Positions 32,794-42,096 of a stretch of DNA of 64,000 nt are shown piece after piece. How positions within the stretch are numbered: the first letter of the stretch is position 1; each line of letters starts with the position of its first letter. The position numbers were made by a program, and so were the translations under genes. The DNA lies in assembly GCA_965202805.1 (NCBI GenBank), contig OZ241869.1, positions 1,120,001-1,184,000 on the forward strand, given 5' to 3'. The notes under the pieces were generated by a model. That model saw only the letters and a program-made list of their open reading frames with translations, had not been told where the DNA came from and searched no databases. The DNA is from Longimicrobiales bacterium (lineage in GTDB: Bacteria > Gemmatimonadota > Gemmatimonadetes > Longimicrobiales > Gaopeijiaceae).

Positions 32794-34398
32794 ATGAACA
32801 GCTTGATCCGAGAGTTGAAGGCACTCGGCCACGCGTCGTCGTCCGCCGGCGGCGGCGGGGCCGTGGTTCTGCTGGCGGGCTCGGCCCTCCTTCTTTCCTC
32901 CTGCGCCGGTGACTCCGGGGAACCGGAGCGACTGCGCATCGCCGTGGCCGCCTTCCAGCACGAGACCTGCACCTTCTGCCCCGGCGGCGACACCGAGGTC
33001 GAGGACTGGCTGCGCGTCAGCGAGCCGGTCTCGGGGGAGGCGCTGCTGGCGTCGGGCGCCTACCTGAGCGGATTCACGAAACGGGCGCGCGAGTTCGGGG
33101 ATGTCGAGCTGGTGACGCTGCCGTCGCCCCTCGGGGTGTTCGGCGGGTCGTCGCGGAGCTGGAACACGAAGGAGACCTTCGACCACTTCGTGGACATCAT
33201 GCTCGCCGAGTTGCGGGCGCAGCTCCCCGTGGACGGCGTCTACCTGGCGCTGCACGGCGCCATGGCGGTGCGCGAGGTGCCCCGGCCGGAGGCCGAGGTC
33301 GCGCGGCGTTTCCGCGAGGTGGTCGGACCGGACGTGCCCATCGCCGGCAGCTTCGACCTGCACGGGAACGAGGACGGCGAGTTCCTGGAGCACGCCGACT
33401 TCGCCCTCGTCACCAAGCGCTTCCCCCACTACGACGCCTACATCCAGGGGGAGCGCGCGGCGCGTGCCCTGCGGCTGGCGGCCCGAGGTGAATACACGTC
33501 CACGACCGCCACCCGCAAGCCCGGCATCATCACTGCGACCGTGCTGCAGTGGACCGGCCAGTCGCCCGCCATGGACATCATGGAGCGGGCCCGGCGCTGG
33601 GAGTCGCGCGAGGACGACGCCTACGTGAGCGTGTTCTTCGGATACCCCTGGTCCGACGTCCCCGACGTGGGAGCCACCGTACACGTGATGACCGACGGCG
33701 ACCAGGCGCTGGCGGACGAGATCGCCGACGACATGGACGACTTCATGTGGCGCGTCCGCGAGGACTTCGCCCAGGGCACCTATCCCGGACCCGGCGAGGC
33801 GGCTGCGATCGTGGCCGAGGCGGTCGCGCGCGGGGAGGTCCCCGTGGCCGTGGGCGACTACAGCGACCGTCCGGGCGACGCGACCCACATCCTGAGCGCC
33901 TTCGAGGCGGCCGGGATCGGCAGGGTGCTCTACGGCACCATCACCTCGCCCGCCACCCTTGAAGCGCTGGCGGAGACCGGGGCGCAGGCCGGTGATGCCT
34001 TCGACATGGAGATCGGCGGGTTCACCCCATCGGGGGGCGCGCCGCGGCGTATTACGGGCGTATTACAGTACGTGGGCGAGGGCTTCGGCTACGACCTGAT
34101 CGCCGCCATCTCCTTCGGAGACGGCAACATCGTCTTCCTGACGCCGGCGTACGAGCAGGTGATGTACCCCGACGACTTCCGCTACGGCGACATCGATCCC
34201 GCGGACTACGAAGTGTTCGTGGTCAAGTCGCGCGTGCACTTCCGCCGCGGCTTCGACGAGACCGGCTACGCGCGCACCATCCTCGTGGTCGAGGCGCCGG
34301 GGCCCTTCGTGGGGACCACCTTCCTGGACGCGCTCACCTACGAGAACGTGGACCTGGGCGAGCTGTATCCGTTCGGGATGCCGGCCAACCGGAGGTAG
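32794..34398 (+). CDS. M81 family metallopeptidase (MlrC-like), predicted lipoprotein
   Basis: Lipobox LSSC; FQHETCTF, DGVYLALHGAM, SFDLHGN, PHYD, VVKSRVHFRRGF. Confidence 0.85.
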   Translation: MNSLIRELKALGHASSSAGGGGAVVLLAGSALLLSSCAGDSGEPERLRIAVAAFQHETCTFCPGGDTEVEDWLRVSEPVSGEALLASGAYLSGFTKRAREFGDVELVTLPSPLGVFGGSSRSWNTKETFDHFVDIMLAELRAQLPVDGVYLALHGAMAVREVPRPEAEVARRFREVVGPDVPIAGSFDLHGNEDGEFLEHADFALVTKRFPHYDAYIQGERAARALRLAARGEYTSTTATRKPGIITATVLQWTGQSPAMDIMERARRWESREDDAYVSVFFGYPWSDVPDVGATVHVMTDGDQALADEIADDMDDFMWRVREDFAQGTYPGPGEAAAIVAEAVARGEVPVAVGDYSDRPGDATHILSAFEAAGIGRVLYGTITSPATLEALAETGAQAGDAFDMEIGGFTPSGGAPRRITGVLQYVGEGFGYDLIAAISFGDGNIVFLTPAYEQVMYPDDFRYGDIDPADYEVFVVKSRVHFRRGFDETGYARTILVVEAPGPFVGTTFLDALTYENVDLGELYPFGMPANRR

Positions 34399-34407
34399 CC
34401 GCGGGCG

Positions 34408-35127
34408 CTATCCCAGCCCCCCGGGGTCGTAGCGCAGCGGCTTCATCTCGACCCCGGCCCGGTCCACGGCCAGCGCCGCCTCGGCGCCTTCCGCGCACGG
34501 CACCCCGCCGATGTACCACTGCGCAGGATCCTCGGGGAGATCCTCGACGTGGAGGAGCCCCTGCGCCGCGCCCGGCGTGGGATCCACCGAGAACGACCGG
34601 AGCGGATGCGTGAGCCCGAAGCCGAGCGCCTTCAGGAACGCCTCCTTGCGGGTCCAGATGCGGAAGAAGAGGCGCCGCCGATCGTTCGCCGGGGCTGCGC
34701 GCATTCGGGCCGCCTCGTCGCGGGCGAAGTTCTTGTTCGCGATCTCGAGCATGAGGCGCACCCGCCGCATCTCCTCGATGTCCACGCCCAGGCGCCCTGC
34801 GGCCGCAACGGCGATCATGAGCCGGTCCTCGGAGTGGGACTGGTTGAAGGACGGCCCGCCGGCGAGGAAGGGCTTCCCCTTGTCCTCGTAACGGAAACGG
34901 ATGTTCTCCGGGAGGGTGTCCGTCAACTGTCCCAGCACCCGGCGCAGGTGGGCCTGCGCGACGGTGTAGCGGCGGCGATGACGGTCGTACACGAAACGGT
35001 CGGCGCGCTTGCGCTCACGCGGGGAGAGCAGCTTGCGGGCGGCCGCCGTGACGCGGTCGGGGACATCCAGGCGCCCTTCCCAGATGTAGACGACGCCGGG
35101 ATGCAGTTCGGTGCGTTCGATGGTCAT
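34408..35127 (-). CDS. 4'-phosphopantetheinyl transferase, Sfp type
   Basis: GKP, FNQSHS, LGVDIE, FFRIWTRKEAFLKALGFGL. Confidence 0.92.
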   Translation of the reverse strand: MTIERTELHPGVVYIWEGRLDVPDRVTAAARKLLSPRERKRADRFVYDRHRRRYTVAQAHLRRVLGQLTDTLPENIRFRYEDKGKPFLAGGPSFNQSHSEDRLMIAVAAAGRLGVDIEEMRRVRLMLEIANKNFARDEAARMRAAPANDRRRLFFRIWTRKEAFLKALGFGLTHPLRSFSVDPTPGAAQGLLHVEDLPEDPAQWYIGGVPCAEGAEAALAVDRAGVEMKPLRYDPGGLG

Positions 35128-35316
35128 GCTCGTGGTTGCCGGAGCTTCGCCGGGAGCTGCGGCAGGTTCGCGGGCGTCCGGGTCGCCGGCAGGTCCGGGG
35201 CCGGCACGCCGGACGGTGGCGCAAAGTCCGTTGCCGATCAAGAATAGAGCATGCCCGCGGGGCAGCCACGCCGCGCCCGCGGGAGCCGTTTCGCCCGCAC
35301 TTCAGGAGCCGATCCG

Positions 35317-36363
35317 ATGTCCGCCAAGACCCCTTCCCGCTCACCCCTGCGCGTCGCCGGGGCCCTCTCCGTTGCCGTACCGCTGGCCCTGGTCTCCTGC
35401 CAGGCGGAGTCCGCCCCGGGAGAACCGTCCGGCCAGGCGCCCGCCGCCGCCGAGACACCGGCCCCCGACTTCACGCTCGGCGCCGAAAACTCCCACAACC
35501 GCTGGAGCGCGACCATCCCGCCGCAGCTCACGGTTCCCTCGGGGGCGGTCGTCGAGGTCTTCACCAAGGAGGCGTCCGACGGCCAGATCACCGAGTCCAC
35601 GACGGCGGAGGACCTGCTCACGGTGAACTTCGACCTCATCCATGCGCTCACGGGACCCATCTACGTGGAGGGAGCGAGCCCGGGCGACATCCTCGCTGTA
35701 ACCCTGCACGAGATCGAGGTCCAGGGCTGGGGATGGGCGGGCATCTTCCCCGGCTTCGGCTTCCTCGCCGACGAAATCACCGGGCCCTGGATCCGGGGCT
35801 TCCCCATGGAACCCGGAGCCACGGAGGTCGCCTTCAACGACGACATCACGATTCCGCTCGCGCCGTTCGCCGGGGTGATGGGCGTGGCGCCCGACACCGA
35901 CTCCATGCTGGTGACCATCCCGCCCCGCACCAACGGCGGCAACATGGATAACCGCCACATGATCGCCGGCACCACGGTCTACTTCCCGGTGCAGGTCGAG
36001 GGCGCGCTCTTCTCCATCGGCGACGCGCACGCGGCCCAGGGCGACGGCGAGGTGTCCGGTTCCGCCATCGAGGCGCCCACGCGCATCGTCTTCGAAGTCG
36101 AGGTCATGGAGAACACCCGCGGCATGGTCGAACCCCAGTACGAGAGCGACGACTACTACGCCGTGACCGGCTTCGCGACCACCATCGACGAAGCGGCCCG
36201 CAAGGCGACCCGCTACATGATCGACTACCTGGTCGCCGAACACGGGCTCACGCGCGAGGAAGCCTACGTGCTCTGCTCGATCGCCGGCGACATGAAGATC
36301 TCGGAGACGGTGGACGTGCCCCACATGCTGGTCAGCATGCACATGCCCAAGGGGATTTTCTGA
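35317..36363 (+). CDS. Acetamidase/formamidase family protein, predicted lipoprotein
   Basis: Lipobox LVSC; HALTGPIYVEGASPGD, PPRTNGGNMD, SIGDAHAAQGDGEVSGSAIE. Confidence 0.9.
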   Translation: MSAKTPSRSPLRVAGALSVAVPLALVSCQAESAPGEPSGQAPAAAETPAPDFTLGAENSHNRWSATIPPQLTVPSGAVVEVFTKEASDGQITESTTAEDLLTVNFDLIHALTGPIYVEGASPGDILAVTLHEIEVQGWGWAGIFPGFGFLADEITGPWIRGFPMEPGATEVAFNDDITIPLAPFAGVMGVAPDTDSMLVTIPPRTNGGNMDNRHMIAGTTVYFPVQVEGALFSIGDAHAAQGDGEVSGSAIEAPTRIVFEVEVMENTRGMVEPQYESDDYYAVTGFATTIDEAARKATRYMIDYLVAEHGLTREEAYVLCSIAGDMKISETVDVPHMLVSMHMPKGIF

Positions 36364-36476
36364 GGTTGGTGGGATTCAGGGGGGGAGGGACCGCGAGCAA
36401 TTCGGATGAACGGCGCTGGCAGCAGCGGCTCGACACTCAACATGAGCCCCGCTCACTCCCCGTGCAGCGGCATGAC

Positions 36477-37361
36477 TCACTCGTCCGCCAACGCCCGTCC
36501 CACGGTGACGTGATAGACCGTCTGCTGGCGCTCGTAGATCACGAGGACCAGCCCCTCGGACTGCGCCTCCAGGAGCACGCGGCTGAAGATCGCTCCCAGT
36601 TCGCGGGACTTCCTGCCCGAGACCGACTCCAGCGCCAGGTCCACCATCCGCTCTACGTGCGGGGCGAACTCGGCGGGCACGCGGGCGAGAATCTCCGCCG
36701 ATCGCTCGGCCGGGGGTGCGAACGCGGAGTAGGAGAGGTCCACGGTGGTGCCGAACTCGTGTGAGCTCACGCCGGCGGCCGCATTCGGGTTCCGGCCCCG
36801 CAACCGCGCCTGCCGCTCGGTCGTGCGCAGGGCGCTCGTGACCTCGATGCGGTACGGCGGAAGCCCCATCTCCGCGAGGCGGTCCTGGAAGCGCCGACCG
36901 AGCTCCTCGAGCAGGGCGGACACGTGGGGAACCATGTAGGTGGGGGAGGTGCCCGGGCGAACGATCCAGTAGGCGGTGCTGTCCTCGAGCTCAACCAGCC
37001 GCCCGGCCGCGACAAGGGAGTCCCGGGCGGCGCGGTCGGCTACCCGGTAGCCCAACTCGCGGGCACGGGCCACGTGCGACGCGTTGAGGAAGCGGCGGAG
37101 CGCGTTCTCCTGGGCCGTCGTCATCACCGGCAGCGGAGAGAGGATGTCGTTGGCCCTGTCCGCCTCCTCATCCGCGAGGCCGAGCGCCTGTGACAGGGCC
37201 TGCTCGATCTCCGCGACCGTTGCGGCCCTCGCCGCCTCTGTGGCCGCATCGACGGCGGCCTGCCTCTCCCGTTCCGCTCTGCCGCAAGAGGTGAGGAACA
37301 GGGCCAGAAGCGCCATCCCGGGGGCTCGCCACCGAAGCGCGGCCACGTTGCCGTTTCTCAT
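36477..37361 (-). CDS. DUF5715-like lipoprotein (M15/LAS peptidase-like motifs)
   Basis: Lipobox LTSC; VTSALRT..Q..L...NPNA, SSHEFGTTVD (HxxxxxxD), ERQQTVYHVTV. Confidence 0.75.
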   Translation of the reverse strand: MRNGNVAALRWRAPGMALLALFLTSCGRAERERQAAVDAATEAARAATVAEIEQALSQALGLADEEADRANDILSPLPVMTTAQENALRRFLNASHVARARELGYRVADRAARDSLVAAGRLVELEDSTAYWIVRPGTSPTYMVPHVSALLEELGRRFQDRLAEMGLPPYRIEVTSALRTTERQARLRGRNPNAAAGVSSHEFGTTVDLSYSAFAPPAERSAEILARVPAEFAPHVERMVDLALESVSGRKSRELGAIFSRVLLEAQSEGLVLVIYERQQTVYHVTVGRALADE

Positions 37362-37613
37362 CGAAGTCCTCCTGTCGAACGGGTCGCCGGAACGGTCGCC
37401 GGTGTACGGGTTTCGACGCTAGACGCGTGCATGACGCCAGGCAAGGAAAAGTGAGCGATGACCGAAGGAAGATCCCATCCCCGCCCGCGCGCCGTCGGGA
37501 GGGTTCTGCTCGGCGCGGAGAGGTCGGAGGAGCGGGCAACCGGAACCTGGCTGTGTCCATCTCATTAAACACTACAGAACACCGCCTCAACCTCGACCTG
37601 CCCTGAATCGCCG

Positions 37614-38756
37614 ATGGCCATCGACCAGCTCCCACTCGCCCGCCGCCAACCGCATCGCGGCATCCCTTCGGCGCACGACCGCACCCTGGCCCCAACCGCC
37701 CACGCCCTCGGCGCACTCCTGCTTCTGACGTTCGGCCTGGCCGCCGGAACGCCCGCGAAGGCCCAGATCACCGGCTACGTGCTGAACGAGGAGGGCGACC
37801 CCGTCCCCGGCGCCGCCGTGGAGGCATGGGCGGCGGACCGCAAGATCGGCGGCCGGCTGGCCAATGAGGAGGGCTGGTTCCTCTTCCCCGCCGTGATGAC
37901 GGCGCAGATTCGCGCCCTGTACGCGGGACAGCTCGGGTACCACCCCGAGGTGGTCCAGATCGAGCCCGATGTCGACTCCTACGAGATCCGGCTCACGCGC
38001 GAGCCCATTCCGCTTCCCGAACTCGTGGTGGATGCGCAGCGGGACCGCTGCGACGGCGGGGAGGAACGCGACGCACGCCGACTCTGGGAGCTTGCCGCCG
38101 CGCGCTACAACCAGGGTCTGGACACGCTGGGGGTGGCCACCTATCTGGCGTCGGTGGAGTCGATCCTGCCGGAGGGCGAGGTGGGGACGGTGCAGGCCGC
38201 GGGCGAGGCCGTCGCCCAGCGCGGCTCCTCTTCCCTGCTCCGCTTCAGCTGGCGGCGGCGCATCGAGCGCGAGGGATACGCGTACCAGATCCGCCGAACG
38301 ACCCCCGACCAATCGTACACCTCCTGGGTGTATCCTCCGCTGGAGGCGGATTTCGCCCCGCACTTCGCGGGCGAGTTCTTCGGCGACCGGCATCGCTTCC
38401 AGTTCGACAGGTCCGAGGAGCCCGATGGCGACGGGAGCGTGACGCTGGTGTTCTGCGCGCGGGACGACGACCACCCGTCGATGGAAGGCACCCTGGTCAT
38501 CAGCCCGGACACGACCATCGCCGTTGCCCAGTGGCTGTTTCGCACCCCCGAACCGGTCGAGCACGCTGGCGGACGCGCGGTGTTCGGCCCGCTCGCGGAC
38601 GATCCCCGCGACTCGTACCTGCTGCCCATCGAGGGCGTCTTCTGGCGCCGGTCGCCGCCCGACAGCTTCTGGCAGCGGTACCAGAAGTTCGAGCAGTGGA
38701 TGGTCGCGCAGGGAGATTCGGTGCCTTTCCTTCCCAAGAGGCCCGGCGGAAATTAG
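37614..38756 (+). CDS. Secreted carboxypeptidase regulatory-like domain protein
   Basis: Signal peptide ..TPAKAQ; ITGYVLNEEGDPVPGAAV; core resembles that of 672-2477. Confidence 0.65.
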   Translation: MAIDQLPLARRQPHRGIPSAHDRTLAPTAHALGALLLLTFGLAAGTPAKAQITGYVLNEEGDPVPGAAVEAWAADRKIGGRLANEEGWFLFPAVMTAQIRALYAGQLGYHPEVVQIEPDVDSYEIRLTREPIPLPELVVDAQRDRCDGGEERDARRLWELAAARYNQGLDTLGVATYLASVESILPEGEVGTVQAAGEAVAQRGSSSLLRFSWRRRIEREGYAYQIRRTTPDQSYTSWVYPPLEADFAPHFAGEFFGDRHRFQFDRSEEPDGDGSVTLVFCARDDDHPSMEGTLVISPDTTIAVAQWLFRTPEPVEHAGGRAVFGPLADDPRDSYLLPIEGVFWRRSPPDSFWQRYQKFEQWMVAQGDSVPFLPKRPGGN

Positions 38757-38907
38757 GGCGGGCTCCGGGCACGCCGGAGCGATTCCCGCTACTCGAACCG
38801 GCCTCCTCCCAATGAGACATCCCGCCGCCCGCCCGCGCGGTCCGCGAATCAGCCCCGCTCCGTTTGATGCCCGCGTAGTCCGTTTCCCGCGCACAGGCTT
38901 CGCATTG

Positions 38908-40815
38908 ATGCGCAGCCTCGCGTGTTCCGTCGTCGTCGCGCTCCTTGCCTGCGCCGACGCCGTCCCCGAGGCCCCGCCGCCCGGCGACGGGGACTGGGTC
39001 GCCTACGGCCGCGACGCAGGAGGGTCGAAGTACTCCCCTCTCGACCAGATCACGGCCGCGAACGTGGGCGGGCTCGAGCTGGCGTGGAGCTGGGAGACGG
39101 GCGAGGAGCCGATTCCCGGGCCGCTGTCGCCGGTTCGCGGGCAGGAGGTGCGGCCGGGCAACTTCGAGACCACGCCGCTGGCCTTCAACGACACCCTCTT
39201 CTTCACCACGGCCTACAACCGCGTCATCGCTCTCGAGGGCAGCACCGGCAGGCCCCTCTGGGAGTACGACCCGCGCACCGTGGAGTGGGGGCAGCCGCCC
39301 AACGGAACCGGTTTCGTGCACCGCGGGGTCGCGGTGTGGAGCGGGGCGGACGAGCGGCGCATCTTCCTGAACACGCGCTGGCGCCTGATCGCGCTCGATG
39401 CCGCCACCGGCGAGCCGGTGCGGTCGTTCGGGCACCGGGGCGAGATCGACCTCACCGAGCAGCTGCTCTGGCCCACCAACCGCCTGCACTACACGCAGAC
39501 GTCGCCGCCGGTGGTCTTCGAAGACCTGGTGATCGTGGGCAACGGCGTGTGGGACGGCTTCGTCTACCCGCGCGATCCGCCCGGCAACGTGCAGGCCTTC
39601 GACGTGCACACCGGCGAGTTGGCGTGGTCGTTCAACCTCATCCCGCAGCCCGGCGAGCCCGGCAACGAGACCTGGAAGGACGGCAGCTGGGACTACACGG
39701 GGCACACCAACGCGTGGGCGCCGATGGTGATGGACGAGGAGCGCGGGCTCCTGTATGCGGGCATCGGCACCCCGTCAAACGACTACTACGGCGGCCACCG
39801 CCTGGGCGACAACCTGTACGCGGAGGCGCTGGTGGCCCTGGACGCGCGCACGGGCGAGCTGGCGTGGCACTTCCAGACGGTGCACCACGGGCTGTGGGAC
39901 TTCGACCTGCCGGGTGCGCCGGTGCTGCTGACGGTGACGGTGGACGGCCGGGCGGTGGACGCGGTGGCCGTGGCCGGCAAGACCGGCTTCGTGTACACCT
40001 TCGACCGGGAGACCGGAGAGCCGGTGTGGCCCATCGAGGAGCGCCCGGTGCCGCCGAGCGACGTGCCCGGCGAGGTCGCCGCCGCGACCCAACCCTTCCC
40101 CACCTCCCCGCCCCCCTTCGCCCGCCAGGGGTTCACCCCCGACGACCTCATCGACCTCACGCCGGAGCTGCGGCGGCGCGCACAGGAGCTCACTGCCGGC
40201 TACCGTTTCGGTCCGCTCTACGAGCCGCCTTCCATGGAGGGCACCATCGCCATGCCGGGCATCCTGGGCGGCGGCAACTGGGGCGGGGTGGCGCTGGACC
40301 CCGCGAGCACGGTCCTGTTCGTGAAGTCGTCCGAGGAGGCCAGCCTGCTCAGGATCGCGCCCGCCAACCCGGCCACCACGGTGGGCGACTACGCCATCGA
40401 CCGCACGGCGTCCAGAACCCTGACGGTGGACGGGCTGCCCATCTCCAACCCGCCGTACGGGACCCTCACGGCCATCGACATGAACGGCGGCGCGATCCTC
40501 TGGCAGGAGGCGGTCGGGGAGCGCCCCGAGATCGCGGGCCATCCCGCGCTGGCCGGGCTCGACCTGCCCGCCCGGCTGGGGGTGGTGGGGGCGCCGGGCC
40601 CGTTCGCGACCGCCGGCGGCCTGGTGTTCCTCACCGGCGGCTCGGACATCCTGTACGCCTTCGACGCGGCGACCGGCGAGGTGCTGTGGGAAGGGCGGCT
40701 GCCCGCGCGCGCCTACGCCAACCCGATGACCTTCGAGACGCGCGACGGACGCCAGCTCGTGGTCATCGCGACGGGCGAACGCGAGGGGGCGGCGCTGCTG
40801 GCGTTCGGGCTCTAG
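38908..40815 (+). CDS. PQQ-dependent dehydrogenase (glucose/quinate/shikimate family), lipoprotein
   Basis: DWVAYGRDAGGSKYSPLDQITAANV, FETTPL, WHFQTVHHGLWDFD, PPYGTLTAID, ANPMTF; lipobox LLAC. Confidence 0.92.
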   Translation: MRSLACSVVVALLACADAVPEAPPPGDGDWVAYGRDAGGSKYSPLDQITAANVGGLELAWSWETGEEPIPGPLSPVRGQEVRPGNFETTPLAFNDTLFFTTAYNRVIALEGSTGRPLWEYDPRTVEWGQPPNGTGFVHRGVAVWSGADERRIFLNTRWRLIALDAATGEPVRSFGHRGEIDLTEQLLWPTNRLHYTQTSPPVVFEDLVIVGNGVWDGFVYPRDPPGNVQAFDVHTGELAWSFNLIPQPGEPGNETWKDGSWDYTGHTNAWAPMVMDEERGLLYAGIGTPSNDYYGGHRLGDNLYAEALVALDARTGELAWHFQTVHHGLWDFDLPGAPVLLTVTVDGRAVDAVAVAGKTGFVYTFDRETGEPVWPIEERPVPPSDVPGEVAAATQPFPTSPPPFARQGFTPDDLIDLTPELRRRAQELTAGYRFGPLYEPPSMEGTIAMPGILGGGNWGGVALDPASTVLFVKSSEEASLLRIAPANPATTVGDYAIDRTASRTLTVDGLPISNPPYGTLTAIDMNGGAILWQEAVGERPEIAGHPALAGLDLPARLGVVGAPGPFATAGGLVFLTGGSDILYAFDAATGEVLWEGRLPARAYANPMTFETRDGRQLVVIATGEREGAALLAFGL

Positions 40816-41819
40816 GGATCGGGGGCACCAGCGGTGCGGTTCTCCCGCAGAAACTCCTCCGCTCCCTCCGGCAGGAACAGCTTGTCCGAGATGTCCGCAA
40901 TCTCCTCGGCCTCTTCCCAGGCCTTCTGCAGCAGCCAGAGTTCGCCCTCGAGAGCGCGTCGCTCCTGCTCTTCGTGGAGCGCCATCTCAAGGGCGAGCTT
41001 GTGGGGCTTCGGCATCTTGTTGACGTAGCCGGGGACGCCCTTCCTGTCCTGGAAGCGCTGGCCCTCCGCGATTCGGGCCAGAAAGTGTTCCGGATGGCCT
41101 GTCGTCTCGATCAGACCCACGGCATCCTGCACCGTGTCCTTGCTCCCGCCCGTGCGGTTCATCCTGGGCAGGATCGCCCCGGCGAACCGGCGCGCCTCAC
41201 TTCCCTTGTACCAGGTCTTCTTCCTCTTTTTCCGCACCTGAAGCCTGAATCCCTGTTCGTCGTCCGACGGACGGACACGAGTGCCGAGCAGGTCCTGCTG
41301 ATTGAGCTTCACGACGCCCCCGCCGGCGGGGTGAAGCTTCACGAGGGTTCGCCGGCTGTTCCACAGGTTGAACCAGTTCGGAATCTGACTGATCACGCCT
41401 GCGCTCAGGCCCGCGGCAGCTCCGCCGACCACGATCCCGCCCACCACCGCAATCCCGGCCGCCCCGTACAGGATCGCCCGCCGACGGCGCCGCCCGAACT
41501 GGTCCCCGTAGCGCCAGGCCGCGAACTCGGGCCGCTGCGGCTTGCCGATGCGCACCAGCGTCAGCCCCTCCGGATGGCGCGCCAGGCCGATGTTGTCGGT
41601 GGAGACGCGGATGCGGGTGTCGCGGAAGAGGCGCTCGCAGTCCTCGACCGCCTCCCAGCGCTCCTCCAGCGGGGTGAGGTTCCAGCGCTCGCATTTCGTG
41701 CACACGACCCAGAGGCGGCCCCGCGCGGCGTCGAAGGCCAGACGCCGCCCGACCGGGAACGACTCCACGACCTCGTTGGTCCCCAGGGGCTTGTGGCAGA
41801 ACATACAGGAGGTGTACAC
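40812..41819 (-). CDS. Hypothetical membrane protein with N-terminal 4-Cys zinc ribbon
   Basis: CMFC...CTKC; central TM segment; helical C-terminus. Confidence 0.7.
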   Translation of the reverse strand: MYTSCMFCHKPLGTNEVVESFPVGRRLAFDAARGRLWVVCTKCERWNLTPLEERWEAVEDCERLFRDTRIRVSTDNIGLARHPEGLTLVRIGKPQRPEFAAWRYGDQFGRRRRRAILYGAAGIAVVGGIVVGGAAAGLSAGVISQIPNWFNLWNSRRTLVKLHPAGGGVVKLNQQDLLGTRVRPSDDEQGFRLQVRKKRKKTWYKGSEARRFAGAILPRMNRTGGSKDTVQDAVGLIETTGHPEHFLARIAEGQRFQDRKGVPGYVNKMPKPHKLALEMALHEEQERRALEGELWLLQKAWEEAEEIADISDKLFLPEGAEEFLRENRTAGAPDP

Positions 41820-42044
41820 GGCGCTCCCTGTTGGCTCGCGCGTGAGTCGCGCGCCGGACGTGACGCGGGGTCAACCCGTCGGCGACTTGTTTTTCATGCT
41901 GCGATCGTGGCAAGGTGCTCCACCGGCAAACCTTGCGACTTCTCTACCGGATGTGCCCGCGTTCCGTTTCCCGACGGTGAAGCCGCCGGCCGGGCGCTGA
42001 CGCCACTGCCTGCAGGAACTGATGCTACTTCTCCAGGATACTCA

Positions 42045-42083
42045 ACTGATATCTACTGATATTATTACTGACAACTACTGACA
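42045..42083 (+). repeat. AT-rich tandem ACTGAYA repeats upstream of the DUF819 gene
   Basis: actgata 42045, actgata 42055, actgaca 42067, actgaca 42077; an additional actgatg at 42018. Confidence 0.7.
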
Positions 42084-42096
42084 CGAGAGAACTCAC

